Position numbers and translations under genes: made by a program
Shown: positions 1 to 10,349 of the stretch, in pieces
Numbering within the stretch: position 1 is the first letter of the stretch
Layout of the letters: each line of letters opens with the position of its first letter
DNA from: Clostridiales bacterium
GTDB taxonomy: Bacteria; Bacillota; Clostridia; Saccharofermentanales; Saccharofermentanaceae
Assembly: GCA_017513085.1 (NCBI GenBank)
Contig: JAFWDK010000009.1
Coordinates: forward strand, 32,001 to 96,000
DNA: 64,000 nt
Direction: 5' to 3'
The notes under the pieces: model-generated
The model's input: only the letters and a program-made list of their open reading frames with translations
Told to the model about the DNA's origin: nothing
Databases searched by the model: none

Positions 1-1392
1 GAGAACGTTCGTGGACGTATGGAAGCTTGCGGTTTCCAGACACTCCTTGTTGAAGATGGTAATGATGTGGATGCTATTGCTAAGGCTATCGAGCTGGCTA
101 AGGCAGAGAAGACGAAGCCTTCCTTTATCGAAGTAAGAACGATCATCGGTTATGGTTGTGAAGCCAAGCAGGGTACACCGTCTGCTCACGGTGAGCCGTT
201 GGGTGAAGAGAATATCGCTAAGATGCGTGAGACACTGGGCTGGCCTTGTGCAGAGTCCTTCGTGGTACCTCAGGAGATCTACGATCATTATGCAGAGCTC
301 GGTGCGAAGGGTACTGAAGCACATGCGAAGTGGGATGCCCTTTTCGCAGAGTATGCGAAGGCTTATCCGGATCTCAAGGCACTTTGGGACAAATACTTCA
401 GCAATGATTATTCCGCTCTTCTTAACGATGAAGATCTGTGGACAGTAGACGATAAGCCGCAGGCTTCACGTGCTCTTGGCGGTAAGGTCCTTAACAAGCT
501 GGCTGACCGTATCCCGAACCTCATCGGTGGTTCTGCCGACCTGGCTCCGTCCAACAAGTCCTACATGAACGGCAAGGGCGATTTCAGCAAGGCTGACCGT
601 GCCGGAAGAAACATGCACTTTGGTGTACGTGAACTGGCTATGGCCGGTATCTCCAATGGTATCCTGCTCCATGGCGGTCTGCGTTCCTATTGCGCGACAT
701 TCTTCGTATTCAGTGATTACACCAAGCCGATGGCTCGTCTGTCCGCTTTGATGAATATCCCGCAGATCTTCATGTTCACACACGATAGTATCGGTGTTGG
801 TGAAGACGGTCCGACACATGAGCCGGTCGAGCAGTTGACCATGCTCCGTTCTATGCCGAACTTCAACGTATGGCGTCCGTGCGATGCAACCGAGACAGTT
901 GCATCCTGGGTAGCTGCAATCTCTTCCGAGAAGACACCATCTGCGCTGGTTCTTTCCAGACAGAATCTTATGCCGCTGACCACTTCCTCGAAGGAAGCGC
1001 TTAAGGGTGCTTACATCGTAGCGAAGGAGTCCAAGGAGACACCGGATGTGATCATCCTGGCTTCCGGGTCCGAAGTTGAACTCGGTATCAAGGCGAAAGA
1101 TGTTCTTGCCGGCGAAGGTATTGATGCACGCGTAGTCAGCGTTCCGTGTCTGGATGTATTCCTTGCACAGGATAAAGCATACCGCGATTCCATCGTATTG
1201 CCTTCTGTTACGGCAAGAGTTGCTATTGAAGCCGGTTCTTCCTACTCTTGGGGCAAGCTTGTCGGCCTTGATGGTGCTTACATTACTATGGACACGTTCG
1301 GCGCCAGCGGTAAGCCGTCCATGCTCATGGAGAAGTACGGTTTCACAGTTGACAACGTGGTAAAGGCTTGCAAAGAAGTTGCTGCAAAGTGA
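1..1392 (+). CDS. tkt: Transketolase, 5'-truncated by window edge
   Basis: Frame is open from base 1 (ENVRGRMEACGF...). Motifs GSADLAPSN, HFGVRE, THDSIGVGEDGPTHEP and FGASG are present. Confidence 0.97.
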   Translation, partial: ENVRGRMEACGFQTLLVEDGNDVDAIAKAIELAKAEKTKPSFIEVRTIIGYGCEAKQGTPSAHGEPLGEENIAKMRETLGWPCAESFVVPQEIYDHYAELGAKGTEAHAKWDALFAEYAKAYPDLKALWDKYFSNDYSALLNDEDLWTVDDKPQASRALGGKVLNKLADRIPNLIGGSADLAPSNKSYMNGKGDFSKADRAGRNMHFGVRELAMAGISNGILLHGGLRSYCATFFVFSDYTKPMARLSALMNIPQIFMFTHDSIGVGEDGPTHEPVEQLTMLRSMPNFNVWRPCDATETVASWVAAISSEKTPSALVLSRQNLMPLTTSSKEALKGAYIVAKESKETPDVIILASGSEVELGIKAKDVLAGEGIDARVVSVPCLDVFLAQDKAYRDSIVLPSVTARVAIEAGSSYSWGKLVGLDGAYITMDTFGASGKPSMLMEKYGFTVDNVVKACKEVAAK

Positions 1393-1463
1393 TCCGCTGA
1401 CCGGTCCTTTGCCAAGCGAAGAAAAACATTTGAATAGTTAACGATTAGACTTAAGGAGAGACA

Positions 1464-2480
1464 ATGGCAACGATCTATGACATAGCGAAGGCCTGCGGGC
1501 TTTCACCGGCTACAGTATCCAAAGCATTGTCCAATGCCAGCGACGTAAGTGCGGCGACACGGGAGCGTGTCCGTCGCACTGCTTCGGAGCTGGATTATGT
1601 GCCCAATGCCGGTGCGCGTGCACTGAGCCAGAGCCGTACCTGGTCGATCGGAGTATTGTGCCAGGATGCATCTCAGATGGGTCTCTGGCATTATCTTTTT
1701 GCCCAGGTCATCGAGAGCTTCAAGGATTATGTGGAACAGCACGGATACGATATCGTTTTTATCTCGAACAAAGTAGGTAATCTCGGACTGTCTTATCTCG
1801 GACACTGCCGTTACCGCCGTGTGGATGGAATTTTTATCGTGAATGCGGATCATGCGCAGAAGGATACCCGTGAGCTTATGGAGAGCTCGCTTCCGAAGAT
1901 CGCCATCGATTTTGAGGATGACAATATCGGTTGTGTGAAGACCGATCCGGATGAAAGCATGCGCATGATCTACGATCATCTTTATAAGCTGGGACACAGA
2001 AATATCGTTTATTTGCATGGCGAAAGAGGAAAGTATATTACCGAATCCCGTATCCGTGCTTTGGAAAAAGCAGCTGCGGATATCGGGGATAAAGATGCAA
2101 TGTTCCGCCTTTTCCCATCCCATTACTATTCGATCGAGGGTGGATATGATTCCATGAAGCACCTGCTTGTAGCGACTGAGGAAAGCCGTCCGACTGCTGT
2201 TATCGCAAGTGACGATTATTCCGCGATCGGTGTGATCGAGGCCATCCGTGATGCAGGACTTTCTTGCCCGAAAGACATCTCCGTCGTCGGTTTTGATGGC
2301 ATTGAGATCACCCAGCGCACGAATCCGAAGCTGACTACGATCCGTCAGGATACGAAGGCGATCGGTGAAGCGGCAGCCAAGAATATCCTTGCCCAGATCA
2401 ATGGCGAGAAAGTGGAGAAGACGATCGCGCTTTCTCCACAGCTGATCCTTGGAGAAAGCTGCATGGATCTGAATAAATAA
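1464..2480 (+). CDS. LacI-family transcriptional regulator
   Basis: N-terminal HTH TIYDIAKACGLSPATVSKAL, hinge YVPNAGARAL, and C-terminal sugar-binding domain (DISVVGFDG, LTTIRQD). RBS AAGGAG. Confidence 0.95.
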   Translation: MATIYDIAKACGLSPATVSKALSNASDVSAATRERVRRTASELDYVPNAGARALSQSRTWSIGVLCQDASQMGLWHYLFAQVIESFKDYVEQHGYDIVFISNKVGNLGLSYLGHCRYRRVDGIFIVNADHAQKDTRELMESSLPKIAIDFEDDNIGCVKTDPDESMRMIYDHLYKLGHRNIVYLHGERGKYITESRIRALEKAAADIGDKDAMFRLFPSHYYSIEGGYDSMKHLLVATEESRPTAVIASDDYSAIGVIEAIRDAGLSCPKDISVVGFDGIEITQRTNPKLTTIRQDTKAIGEAAAKNILAQINGEKVEKTIALSPQLILGESCMDLNK

Positions 2481-2537
2481 ATCACGCTTTTGGCTCGCGA
2501 GTGCTTTTGACAAATATTGATGAAATGAGGTACTGAT

Positions 2538-4634
2538 ATGGAAAAATATCTCAACCCGGATCTTTCGTTTCAAGAACGTGCGGAAGATCTGGCGGACAAG
2601 ATGACTTTTGAAGAGCAGGTTCCGCAGTTGAGCTACGGTGCTCCGGCGATCGACCGTTTGGGTGTGCCGGCATATAACTGGTGGAACGAAGGTCTTCATG
2701 GTGTTGCCCGTTCCGGAACCGCGACGATGTTCCCGCAGGCAATTGGACTGGCGGCGATGTTCGATGATAAACTGCTGAATAAGGTGGCGAAGATCATTGC
2801 GACAGAGGCGCGTGCCAAGTATAACGCTTCAGCGAAGAAAGGCGATCGCGATATTTATAAGGGACTGACGCTTTGGAGCCCGAACATTAATATCTTCCGT
2901 GACCCGAGATGGGGAAGAGGTCATGAGACCTACGGTGAGGATCCGTATCTGACATCACGTCTGGGCGTGTCTTTTGTAAAAGGACTGCAGGGCGATGGTA
3001 AGTTTATGCTGGCGGCCGGTTGCGCGAAGCATTTTGCGGCGCATAGTGGTCCTGAGGCACTCCGCCATGAGTTTAATACCGTGGCTTCGAAAAAAGATCT
3101 GGCCGAGACTTATCTTCCGGCTTTCGAAGCTTTGATCAAGGAAGCGAAAGTCGAGGGCGTCATGGGTGCTTACACCCGGTTAAACGGCGAACCGACCTGC
3201 GCAAGCACATTCCTTATGGGCAAGCTGAAAGAGTGGGGCTTTAATGGCTATTTCGTTTCAGACTGCTGGGCGATCCGTGATTTTCATGAATCCCATCACA
3301 TTACTAAAACTCCGACAGAATCCGCGGCAATGGCGATCAATGCCGGTTGCGATCTGAATTGCGGAAATACGTACATTCATATGCTTGAGGCAGAGAAGGA
3401 AGGCCTTGTTTCAAAAGAAACGATCCGCAATGCGGTGGTCCGTCTGATGCGTACCCGTATGCGTCTCGGTCTTTTCGAAGAGCATACTGAATTTGACGAT
3501 ATTCCTTACGATGTCGTAGCTTGCGATGCACACCGAAAAGTTTCCAAAGAGTGCGCGGAGAAGTCGATGGTGCTTCTGAAAAACGAAGGAATCCTGCCTC
3601 TTAAGAAAGACAACATCAAGTCGATCGCGGTCATCGGACCGAACAGTGACAGTATCGATGCGCTTCGTGGAAATTACTATGGTACTTCCGAGGCGCCTGT
3701 AACATTCCTGGAAGGCATCCGCAAAGAGGCGGGCGAGGGCATCCGTGTGTACTACGCGGAAGGCGCGAGCTTGAGTAAAGACCGTATCCAACCGCTGGCC
3801 CAGGCGGGCGATGGCCTGGCGGAAGCACAGATCCTGGCAGAGATGGCGGATGTGGTCGTGCTTTGCGTCGGCCTCGATGCAACACTCGAGGGTGAGCAGG
3901 GTGATACAGGTAATGCTTTTGATTCCGGCGACAAGAGAGATCTTCTCCTTCCGGAAGGCCAGCGTGCCCTGATCGAGAAGGTTCTGGCTGTCGGAAAACC
4001 GACGATCGTCGTACTTTCTGCCGGTAGCTCGATCAATCCTTTGTGTGAAAAAGCACAGGCTCTGATCCAGTCCTGGTATCCGGGTGAACTCGGTGGTGAA
4101 GCGCTGGGTGAGATCCTGTTCGGTAAAGTTTCTCCGTCCGGCAAGCTTCCGGTGACATTCTATGATAGTATCGAGGGAATTCCGGAATTTGCCGATTATT
4201 CCATGAAGAACAGAACCTACCGCTATACACGCGAAAATATTCTTTATCCGTTTGGATTCGGTCTCACATATTCCAATGTCGTCGCAACGGATGCTGTATA
4301 TGACGCTTCAGAAGAAGAAGTCTCTGTGACAGTACAGAATAAGGGCAATGTAGATACAGAGGATGTCGTTCAGATTTATATCCGGAATACATCGTCTTCG
4401 CACGCTACACCTTATCCGAAGCTTTGCGGATTCGCACGCGTAGCGCTGGCGGTCGGAAGTGAGGAAACGATCCGCATCAAGATCAGCGACAGTGCTTTTA
4501 CTGTAGTGGATGACGAAGGAAATGTAATCTCGGATGGTAACACATTTGATCTGTTTGCCGGAATAAGTCAGCCGGATCCGCTTAGCGAAAAGCTGACAGG
4601 TTCTTCCTGCATTCACGTTTCCGTAGTAAAATAA
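2538..4634 (+). CDS. GH3 beta-xylosidase (cytoplasmic)
   Basis: WWNEGLHGV, WSPNINIFRDPRWGRGHETYGEDP, KHFAAH, nucleophile motif SDCWAI and an Fn3-like C-terminus. No signal peptide. Lies next to xylB. Confidence 0.9.
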   Translation: MEKYLNPDLSFQERAEDLADKMTFEEQVPQLSYGAPAIDRLGVPAYNWWNEGLHGVARSGTATMFPQAIGLAAMFDDKLLNKVAKIIATEARAKYNASAKKGDRDIYKGLTLWSPNINIFRDPRWGRGHETYGEDPYLTSRLGVSFVKGLQGDGKFMLAAGCAKHFAAHSGPEALRHEFNTVASKKDLAETYLPAFEALIKEAKVEGVMGAYTRLNGEPTCASTFLMGKLKEWGFNGYFVSDCWAIRDFHESHHITKTPTESAAMAINAGCDLNCGNTYIHMLEAEKEGLVSKETIRNAVVRLMRTRMRLGLFEEHTEFDDIPYDVVACDAHRKVSKECAEKSMVLLKNEGILPLKKDNIKSIAVIGPNSDSIDALRGNYYGTSEAPVTFLEGIRKEAGEGIRVYYAEGASLSKDRIQPLAQAGDGLAEAQILAEMADVVVLCVGLDATLEGEQGDTGNAFDSGDKRDLLLPEGQRALIEKVLAVGKPTIVVLSAGSSINPLCEKAQALIQSWYPGELGGEALGEILFGKVSPSGKLPVTFYDSIEGIPEFADYSMKNRTYRYTRENILYPFGFGLTYSNVVATDAVYDASEEEVSVTVQNKGNVDTEDVVQIYIRNTSSSHATPYPKLCGFARVALAVGSEETIRIKISDSAFTVVDDEGNVISDGNTFDLFAGISQPDPLSEKLTGSSCIHVSVVK

Positions 4635-4713
4635 ATGTTGTGCAAAGAGCACTCCATAAGTGGTTCATTAGGGTGAAAGACCCGAGAAAATAAATATTTA
4701 AGGAGATTCAATT

Positions 4714-6237
4714 ATGAAATATCTTATCGGTATCGACATCGGAACATCCGGTACAAAGACCGCTTTGTTCTCTCAGGATGGAAAACTGGTAGCGGCACAT
4801 ACAGTGGAGTATCCGCTTTATCAGCCACAGAACGGCTATGCAGAGCAGGAGCCGGACGATTGGTGGAATGCAGCCAAGGAAGGCCTGAAGAAGGTTGTTG
4901 CGGATAGTGGCGTGAATAAAGATGATATCGCGGGTATCGGCCTTTCCGGTCAGATGCATGGTCTGGTCATGCTCGACAAGGACTGCAAGGTACTCCGTAA
5001 GTCCATCATCTGGTGCGACCAGAGAACTGCAAAAGAGTGCGAAGAGATCACTGAGAAAGTCGGCCTGGATAAGCTCATGGCAATCACGGCAAGCCCGGCT
5101 TTGACAGGTTTTACTGCTTCCAAGATCCTCTGGGTAAGAAACAATGAGCCGGAGATCTATGCACAGTGCGCACACATCCTCCTGCCGAAGGACTATGTAC
5201 GCTTCAAGCTCACAGGCGAGTTCGCAACTGACGTTTCCGATGCTTCCGGTATGCAGCTTCTCGACATCAAGAACCGTAACTGGTCCGATGAAGTACTCGA
5301 GCTTCTCGACATCAAGAAGGAGTGGCTCGCAAAGGTTTACGAGTCCGTAGAAGTAAGTGGCCGTGTTACAGAAGAAATCGCTGCTGAAACAGGTCTTCCG
5401 GCTGGCATTCCGGTTGCTGCCGGTGCCGGTGACAATGCGGCTGCAGCTATCGGATGCGGTGTCGTAAAAGAGGGAACTGCTTTTGCTACACTTGGTACTT
5501 CCGGCGTTGTATTTGCTCATACAGATGATATGCAGGTCGATCCGAAGGGTCGTGTGCACACATTCTGTTCTGCTGTTCCGGGTGCTTGGCACGTAATGGG
5601 TGTTCATCAGGCTGCATGTCTGTCCCTGAAGTGGTTTAAGAATACTTGCTGTGATGCGGAAGTTATCGAGGCCGACAAGCGTGGCATCGATGTTTACCAG
5701 CTCCTTGACGAAATCGCAGCAGAGGTACCGATCGGTGCAAACCGTCTCTTGTATCTGCCTTACCTGATGGGTGAGAGAACACCTCATCTGGATCCGAATG
5801 CCCGTGGCGTATTCTTCGGTCTGTCCGCAATGCATGAGAGAAAAGATATGCTTCGTGCCGTTATGGAAGGCGTTGTATATGCACTCCGCGATTCTATCGA
5901 TATCTTCAACAACCTCGGCGTCAAGATCGATTCCATGTATGCTTGCGGCGGCGGTTCCAAGAGTAAGTTCTGGAGACAGATGCTTGCAGACGTATTTGAC
6001 TGCACAGTCAATACCTGCGCTTCCGACCAAGGCGGTGCGCTCGGCGCAGCACTTCTTGCTTCTGTAGCAGCTGGTGTATATCCGACGATCCAGGAAGCTT
6101 GCGGCGCGACGATCTTCTCCGCTTCCTCTATGGATGCCAGAGCAGACGTACATGCACAGTACGAGCCGTTCTACCAGATCTATAAGGATCTTTACGCTCC
6201 GATGGCTGAGAACTTTAAGAGACTGGCTAACGTATAA
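4714..6237 (+). CDS. xylB: Xylulokinase (FGGY kinase)
   Basis: GIDIGTSGTK, GLSGQMHG, TDVSDASG, GAGDNAAAA, LPYLMGERTPH; pentose gene context. Confidence 0.92.
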   Translation: MKYLIGIDIGTSGTKTALFSQDGKLVAAHTVEYPLYQPQNGYAEQEPDDWWNAAKEGLKKVVADSGVNKDDIAGIGLSGQMHGLVMLDKDCKVLRKSIIWCDQRTAKECEEITEKVGLDKLMAITASPALTGFTASKILWVRNNEPEIYAQCAHILLPKDYVRFKLTGEFATDVSDASGMQLLDIKNRNWSDEVLELLDIKKEWLAKVYESVEVSGRVTEEIAAETGLPAGIPVAAGAGDNAAAAIGCGVVKEGTAFATLGTSGVVFAHTDDMQVDPKGRVHTFCSAVPGAWHVMGVHQAACLSLKWFKNTCCDAEVIEADKRGIDVYQLLDEIAAEVPIGANRLLYLPYLMGERTPHLDPNARGVFFGLSAMHERKDMLRAVMEGVVYALRDSIDIFNNLGVKIDSMYACGGGSKSKFWRQMLADVFDCTVNTCASDQGGALGAALLASVAAGVYPTIQEACGATIFSASSMDARADVHAQYEPFYQIYKDLYAPMAENFKRLANV

Positions 6238-6304
6238 CTATAGAGCTAATGAAGTTCCTGAAGTTATGCTAAACTAGAGACAGCTAAATATACCAAAGTT
6301 TATG

Positions 6305-6349
6305 ATCGAGGATCTTCGTTCAAACGAAGATCCTCGATTTTTGTTTTTT
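6305..6349 (+). terminator. Intrinsic terminator after xylB
   Basis: ATCGAGGATCTTCGTT / AACGAAGATCCTCGAT inverted repeat followed by TTTTGTTTTTT. Confidence 0.9.
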
Positions 6350-6468
6350 CGTTGAATGAGGGCGATAGCAATTTCGCTTTGGCATATGGCCATGTTTTTT
6401 TTCTTCGTTGCCTGTTTTGGGTACGAATGTTAAGATTGATTTATAGAAAATTGATCGGAGGAAAGATT

Positions 6469-7149
6469 ATGCAATATGAGATCAAGGGAGATCAACTTCC
6501 CGTAGTAGTTTGTACTTTGGAAGCCGGGGAGTCTATGATTACTGAGCGTGGAGCGATGAGCTGGATGACCTCCAATATGAGAATGGAAACACAGGCTACC
6601 GGCGGTTTTGGAAAGGCTTTCGGACGTATGTTTTCCGGCGAGTCTATGTTTCAGAATAAGTACACGGCAGAGGGCGGTACAGGATTGATTGCTTTTGCAT
6701 CCAGTTTCCCTGGCGAGATCCGTGCATTGCAGATCGCTCCCGGCAATAATATCGTATGTCAGAAGAGTGCATTTTTGGCTGCTGAGCCGGGCGTGGAACT
6801 CTCGATTCATTTTAAGAAAAAACTTGGCGCCGGCTTCTTTGGTGGTGAAGGATTTATCATGCAGAAATTATCCGGTCAGGGACTTGCTTTTGTAGAGATT
6901 GACGGATCGTTGGTTGAGTACCAGCTTGAACCGGGTCAGACTATGCTTCTGGATACTGGTTATCTTGCCATGATGGATGAGTCAGTTCAGATGGATATCG
7001 AGATGGTGCATGGCATGAAGAATATTTTCCTCGGCGGTGAGGGTCTTTTCAATACGAAGGTGACCGGCCCCGGCCGTGTGTGGATCCAGACGATGCCACT
7101 TAGTGCCGTTGCAGGAATCATCGGTGCACGTCTTCCGGGACATGGCTGA
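6469..7149 (+). CDS. TIGR00266/AIM24-family protein
   Basis: Start MQYEIKG after GGAGG (the ORF-track start at 6352 is too far upstream). GAMSWM, GESMFQN, FFGGEGFIMQKL and GPGRVWIQTMP repeats. Confidence 0.88.
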   Translation: MQYEIKGDQLPVVVCTLEAGESMITERGAMSWMTSNMRMETQATGGFGKAFGRMFSGESMFQNKYTAEGGTGLIAFASSFPGEIRALQIAPGNNIVCQKSAFLAAEPGVELSIHFKKKLGAGFFGGEGFIMQKLSGQGLAFVEIDGSLVEYQLEPGQTMLLDTGYLAMMDESVQMDIEMVHGMKNIFLGGEGLFNTKVTGPGRVWIQTMPLSAVAGIIGARLPGHG

Positions 7150-7273
7150 TCGGTCGGAAAGACTAGCCGGATATAGCGCGGAAGCTGTTCCAGGAAAAAC
7201 AAAGATATACTTTTCAGAGAAAGCCTCAGGTCGACAGGATCGGAGGTTTTCTTTTGCGGTAGAAGTACTACGG

Positions 7274-7301
7274 TTGACTATTTAATCGGAAATGCTATAA
7301 T
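7274..7301 (+). promoter_or_regulatory. sigma70/sigmaA promoter
   Basis: TTGACT-N16-TATAAT with an extended TG, upstream of the permease. Confidence 0.7.
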
Positions 7302-7368
7302 ATCGCGGGCGCGCGAAAAATCGTGCCTCTAATGTGGCCTGATTCAGATAAGGATTTGTGGAGTTGAA

Positions 7369-8505
7369 ATGGAGAGGACAGAGCCTTCAAAATCAATAGC
7401 AGGATGGTGTCTTGCGTTCTTTAAGAAGAATACGGTGGTTTGTATTGCCGCGCTTCTGGCCATCGTTACATCCTTTTTCGTTCCGCCGGATAAAGCGTAT
7501 CTCGGGTATTTCGATCTTCGCACATTGACGTGCCTGTTTCTGACACTTGCCGTGATCTGCGCGCTCAAAGATATCAGTTTCTTCAGTATCGTTGCGCAAA
7601 GGATCGTCGTGACAACGGGAAACCTGAGGATATTGGCTTTAGCCTTAGTCTATATCACATTTATCGGCTCGATGCTGATCGCAAACGATATGGCCTTGAT
7701 CACGTTCTTGCCGCTTGGTTATTTCGCTCTTTCTGTAACCAAAAATGAAGAGAAGATGGCGTACATCTTTATCCTTCAGAATATATCCGCCAATCTCGGC
7801 GGCATGCTGACACCGTTCGGAAACCCGCAGAATCTTTTCTTATACTCTTATTTCGGCATCCCGACGGGAGAGTTCACAAAGATCATGTTTCCTCCGTTTC
7901 TTCTGGCTATCGCGATGCTCACTGCGGCCTGCTTCCTGATCCCGCGGACCCCGCTGGTGATCAAGGACGATTCCGGCCGGACGCTGAATAAGAAGCGCAC
8001 GACACTGTATCTGGTGCTTTTCGCGTTCTCGCTGCTGATCGTATTCAGACTGATTCCGTACTGGGTAGGTCTTCTGATCATACCGGTCATTCTTTTCTTC
8101 GCAGACAAAAAAGTCTTTGGCGAGATCGACTGGGGACTTCTGGCAACATTTTCATTGTTCTTTGTTTTTTCCGGAAATATGGCGAGGATCCCGGCTGTGC
8201 AGAACTTTGTCAGCCATCTCCTTGGCCGTAGCACTCTCCTCGTGAGTATTGCTTCTTGTCAGGTGATCAGTAATGTTCCTTCTGCGATCCTGCTTTCCAG
8301 ATTTACGAATAACTATCACGCGTTGCTTCTGGGCGTGAATATCGGTGGTACAGGAACGCTGATATCCTCTTTGGCAAGTCTTATTACCTTTAGCCACTAC
8401 CGTAACCTGCGCCCCGGACATACGAAACAGTATCTGTTGCTTTTTACACTTATGAATGTGATCTTTCTGGCCGTTATGGCAACAGCGGCGTGGTTCTTCT
8501 TTTAA
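7369..8505 (+). CDS. CitMHS/ArsB-NhaD (SLC13-like) anion permease
   Basis: Polytopic membrane protein with ANDMALITF, ANLGGMLTPFGNPQN, SQVISNVP-like and GGTGTLISSLAS motifs. Confidence 0.85.
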   Translation: MERTEPSKSIAGWCLAFFKKNTVVCIAALLAIVTSFFVPPDKAYLGYFDLRTLTCLFLTLAVICALKDISFFSIVAQRIVVTTGNLRILALALVYITFIGSMLIANDMALITFLPLGYFALSVTKNEEKMAYIFILQNISANLGGMLTPFGNPQNLFLYSYFGIPTGEFTKIMFPPFLLAIAMLTAACFLIPRTPLVIKDDSGRTLNKKRTTLYLVLFAFSLLIVFRLIPYWVGLLIIPVILFFADKKVFGEIDWGLLATFSLFFVFSGNMARIPAVQNFVSHLLGRSTLLVSIASCQVISNVPSAILLSRFTNNYHALLLGVNIGGTGTLISSLASLITFSHYRNLRPGHTKQYLLLFTLMNVIFLAVMATAAWFFF

Positions 8506-8549
8506 GAACAGATCAGAAAGTGTATAATTTGACGAGGAGGTTCGCCATC

Positions 8550-9161
8550 ATGGACAAGCGCATTATCACAATCGGGCGTGAATTTGGAAGCGGAGGCCGC
8601 GAGATCGGCATCAAGCTTTCCGAGAAACTGGGCATTCCTTTTTATGACAAAGAACTGATTACGTTGGCGGCGAAAGCCGGGGGAATCGATCCTAAACTGA
8701 TCGAACGAAACGAAGAGGGTGCACACCGTATCTCGGACAAGGGAAGAGGCAGAATGTCATTTTTCTCATTGTCTTATACACCGGATTTTTCCGATGCGAT
8801 CTACCTGCAACAGTGCCGTGTGATCAAGGAACTGGCCGAACAGGGTCCTTGTGTGATCGTAGGAAGATGTGCAGATTATGTGTTGCGAAATGAAGGCAGT
8901 ATCAATGTTTTCATCGCGGCCAGCATGCCGTTTAAGATTGCGCGTAAGCGGAAAGTAGCGGTTGAGAAAGCTGATTATACGGATGAGCAGATGGAGCGCT
9001 ACATTAACGATATGAATGCGGCGCGTGCGAACTACTATAATCACTATACGAACCAGAAGTGGGGAAACAGTTCCACCTATCACTTGTGCGTACACTCGGA
9101 TCTGGTGGATGTGGACGGCTCGGTGGAGACGATCCTGACATATTTAAACAGCTTGAAGTAA
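8550..9161 (+). CDS. Cytidylate kinase-like family protein
   Basis: ITIGREFGSGGREIG, GPCVIVGRCADYVL and RANYYNHYT..KWG; RBS GAGGAGG. Confidence 0.88.
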   Translation: MDKRIITIGREFGSGGREIGIKLSEKLGIPFYDKELITLAAKAGGIDPKLIERNEEGAHRISDKGRGRMSFFSLSYTPDFSDAIYLQQCRVIKELAEQGPCVIVGRCADYVLRNEGSINVFIAASMPFKIARKRKVAVEKADYTDEQMERYINDMNAARANYYNHYTNQKWGNSSTYHLCVHSDLVDVDGSVETILTYLNSLK

Positions 9162-9171
9162 AGGAGCACTT

Positions 9172-10125
9172 ATGAAGACGAAAGTATTTATTGACGGAAG
9201 TGAAGGCACAACAGGACTTCGGATTTTTGAAAGATTTCAGGGAAGAGACGATATCGAGATCTTAAAGATCGATCCGGAACTTCGAAAAGATCCGGAGGAA
9301 AGAAGAAAACTGATCAATTCTTCGGACATCACTTTCCTCTGCCTTCCGGATGCAGCGGCAATCGAGGCTGTCAGTCTGGTCGACCCGGATAACGATCATG
9401 TGGTGATCATTGACGCATCGACAGCACACCGCACATTGCCGGAATGGGCTTACGGGTTCCCGGAACTTTCCGATTCCCATCGATCCGCGCTCCTTCACGG
9501 AAACCGCATCGCAGTACCGGGATGCTATGCTTCCGGTTTCGTATCACTTGTGTACCCGATGGTCGTAAGCGGAATACTACCGAAAGATTACCCGGTAAGT
9601 GCTTTTGCATTGTCAGGATACAGTGGTGCAGGCAAAAAGACTATTGCTGTCTATGAGAGCAGCGACCGTCCGAAGGAGTTCTCGTCCGGACGTGAATATG
9701 CGCTTGCACAGCAGCACAAGCATCTTAAGGAGATGCAGGCGGTCACGGGTATTGCACGTACACCTTTGTTTTCTCCGATCATTGACGATTACTATAGCGG
9801 AATGGTCGTTTCCGTGCCGCTTTATACCGATATGCTCGGCGTGATGCAGACACCTTCTGAACTTCTTGCGTTCTTCCGTGAGTACTATAAAGACCAGAAG
9901 TTTATCAAGGTGGCAGAAGACGACGACGAGACGGCGGCAAGCGGTTTCCTCGCGGGCAATCAGCTTTCAGGCTGGGATGGCTTGAAGATCTACGTAACAG
10001 GAAATGAAGACCGCATCGTCGTTTCTTCTCAGTTCGACAATCTGGGCAAGGGTGCTTCCGGAGCGGCAATCGAGTGCATGAATATCCGTCTTGGCTGTGA
10101 TGAGGCTAAAGGATTGAATCTTTGA
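9172..10125 (+). CDS. argC: N-acetyl-gamma-glutamyl-phosphate reductase, type 2 (uncommon form)
   Basis: KVFIDGSEGTTGLRI, DASTAHR, catalytic PGCY, SGYSGAG and DNLGKGASGAA. Confidence 0.93.
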   Translation: MKTKVFIDGSEGTTGLRIFERFQGRDDIEILKIDPELRKDPEERRKLINSSDITFLCLPDAAAIEAVSLVDPDNDHVVIIDASTAHRTLPEWAYGFPELSDSHRSALLHGNRIAVPGCYASGFVSLVYPMVVSGILPKDYPVSAFALSGYSGAGKKTIAVYESSDRPKEFSSGREYALAQQHKHLKEMQAVTGIARTPLFSPIIDDYYSGMVVSVPLYTDMLGVMQTPSELLAFFREYYKDQKFIKVAEDDDETAASGFLAGNQLSGWDGLKIYVTGNEDRIVVSSQFDNLGKGASGAAIECMNIRLGCDEAKGLNL

Positions 10126-10178
10126 TTTCGTCTTTCGTACAAACAGCCCGATGGGAAAATCAGAGTAAAACTATAAAC

Positions 10179-10214
10179 GAGGCGATTCTGCAATTAATGA
10201 ATCGCCTCTTTTTT
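10179..10214 (+). terminator. Intrinsic terminator after argC
   Basis: GAGGCGATTC-N10-GAATCGCCTC followed by TTTTTT. Confidence 0.85.
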
Positions 10215-10349
10215 CGCCACCTCCCCAAAATGAAAAAGAATTTGCTAATCCGCAAATGATATGGTTTTAACGTGCTTTCTTCTATGATATATTCATGATG
10301 GTATATTCGTTTGCTTCTGATATGAAGATAATCGTGTGAGGGTAAGTAT

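Noticed and set aside
1435-1450. TAGTTAACGATTAGAC as a LacI operator
   Set aside because: It is CG-centred and well placed, but the symmetry is weak and I saw no second copy in the cluster.
4708-6153. Long antisense ORFs (also 1503-2699, 42718-44328, 55402-56523, 58540-59826)
   Set aside because: They lie opposite well-supported genes, have no recognisable motifs or RBS, and are typical codon-bias shadows.
6238-6300. GCTAATGA after xylB, resembling the 3' end of a fluoride riboswitch
   Set aside because: The 5' GGxGATGGxGTTCxCC element is absent and no fluoride-related gene follows.
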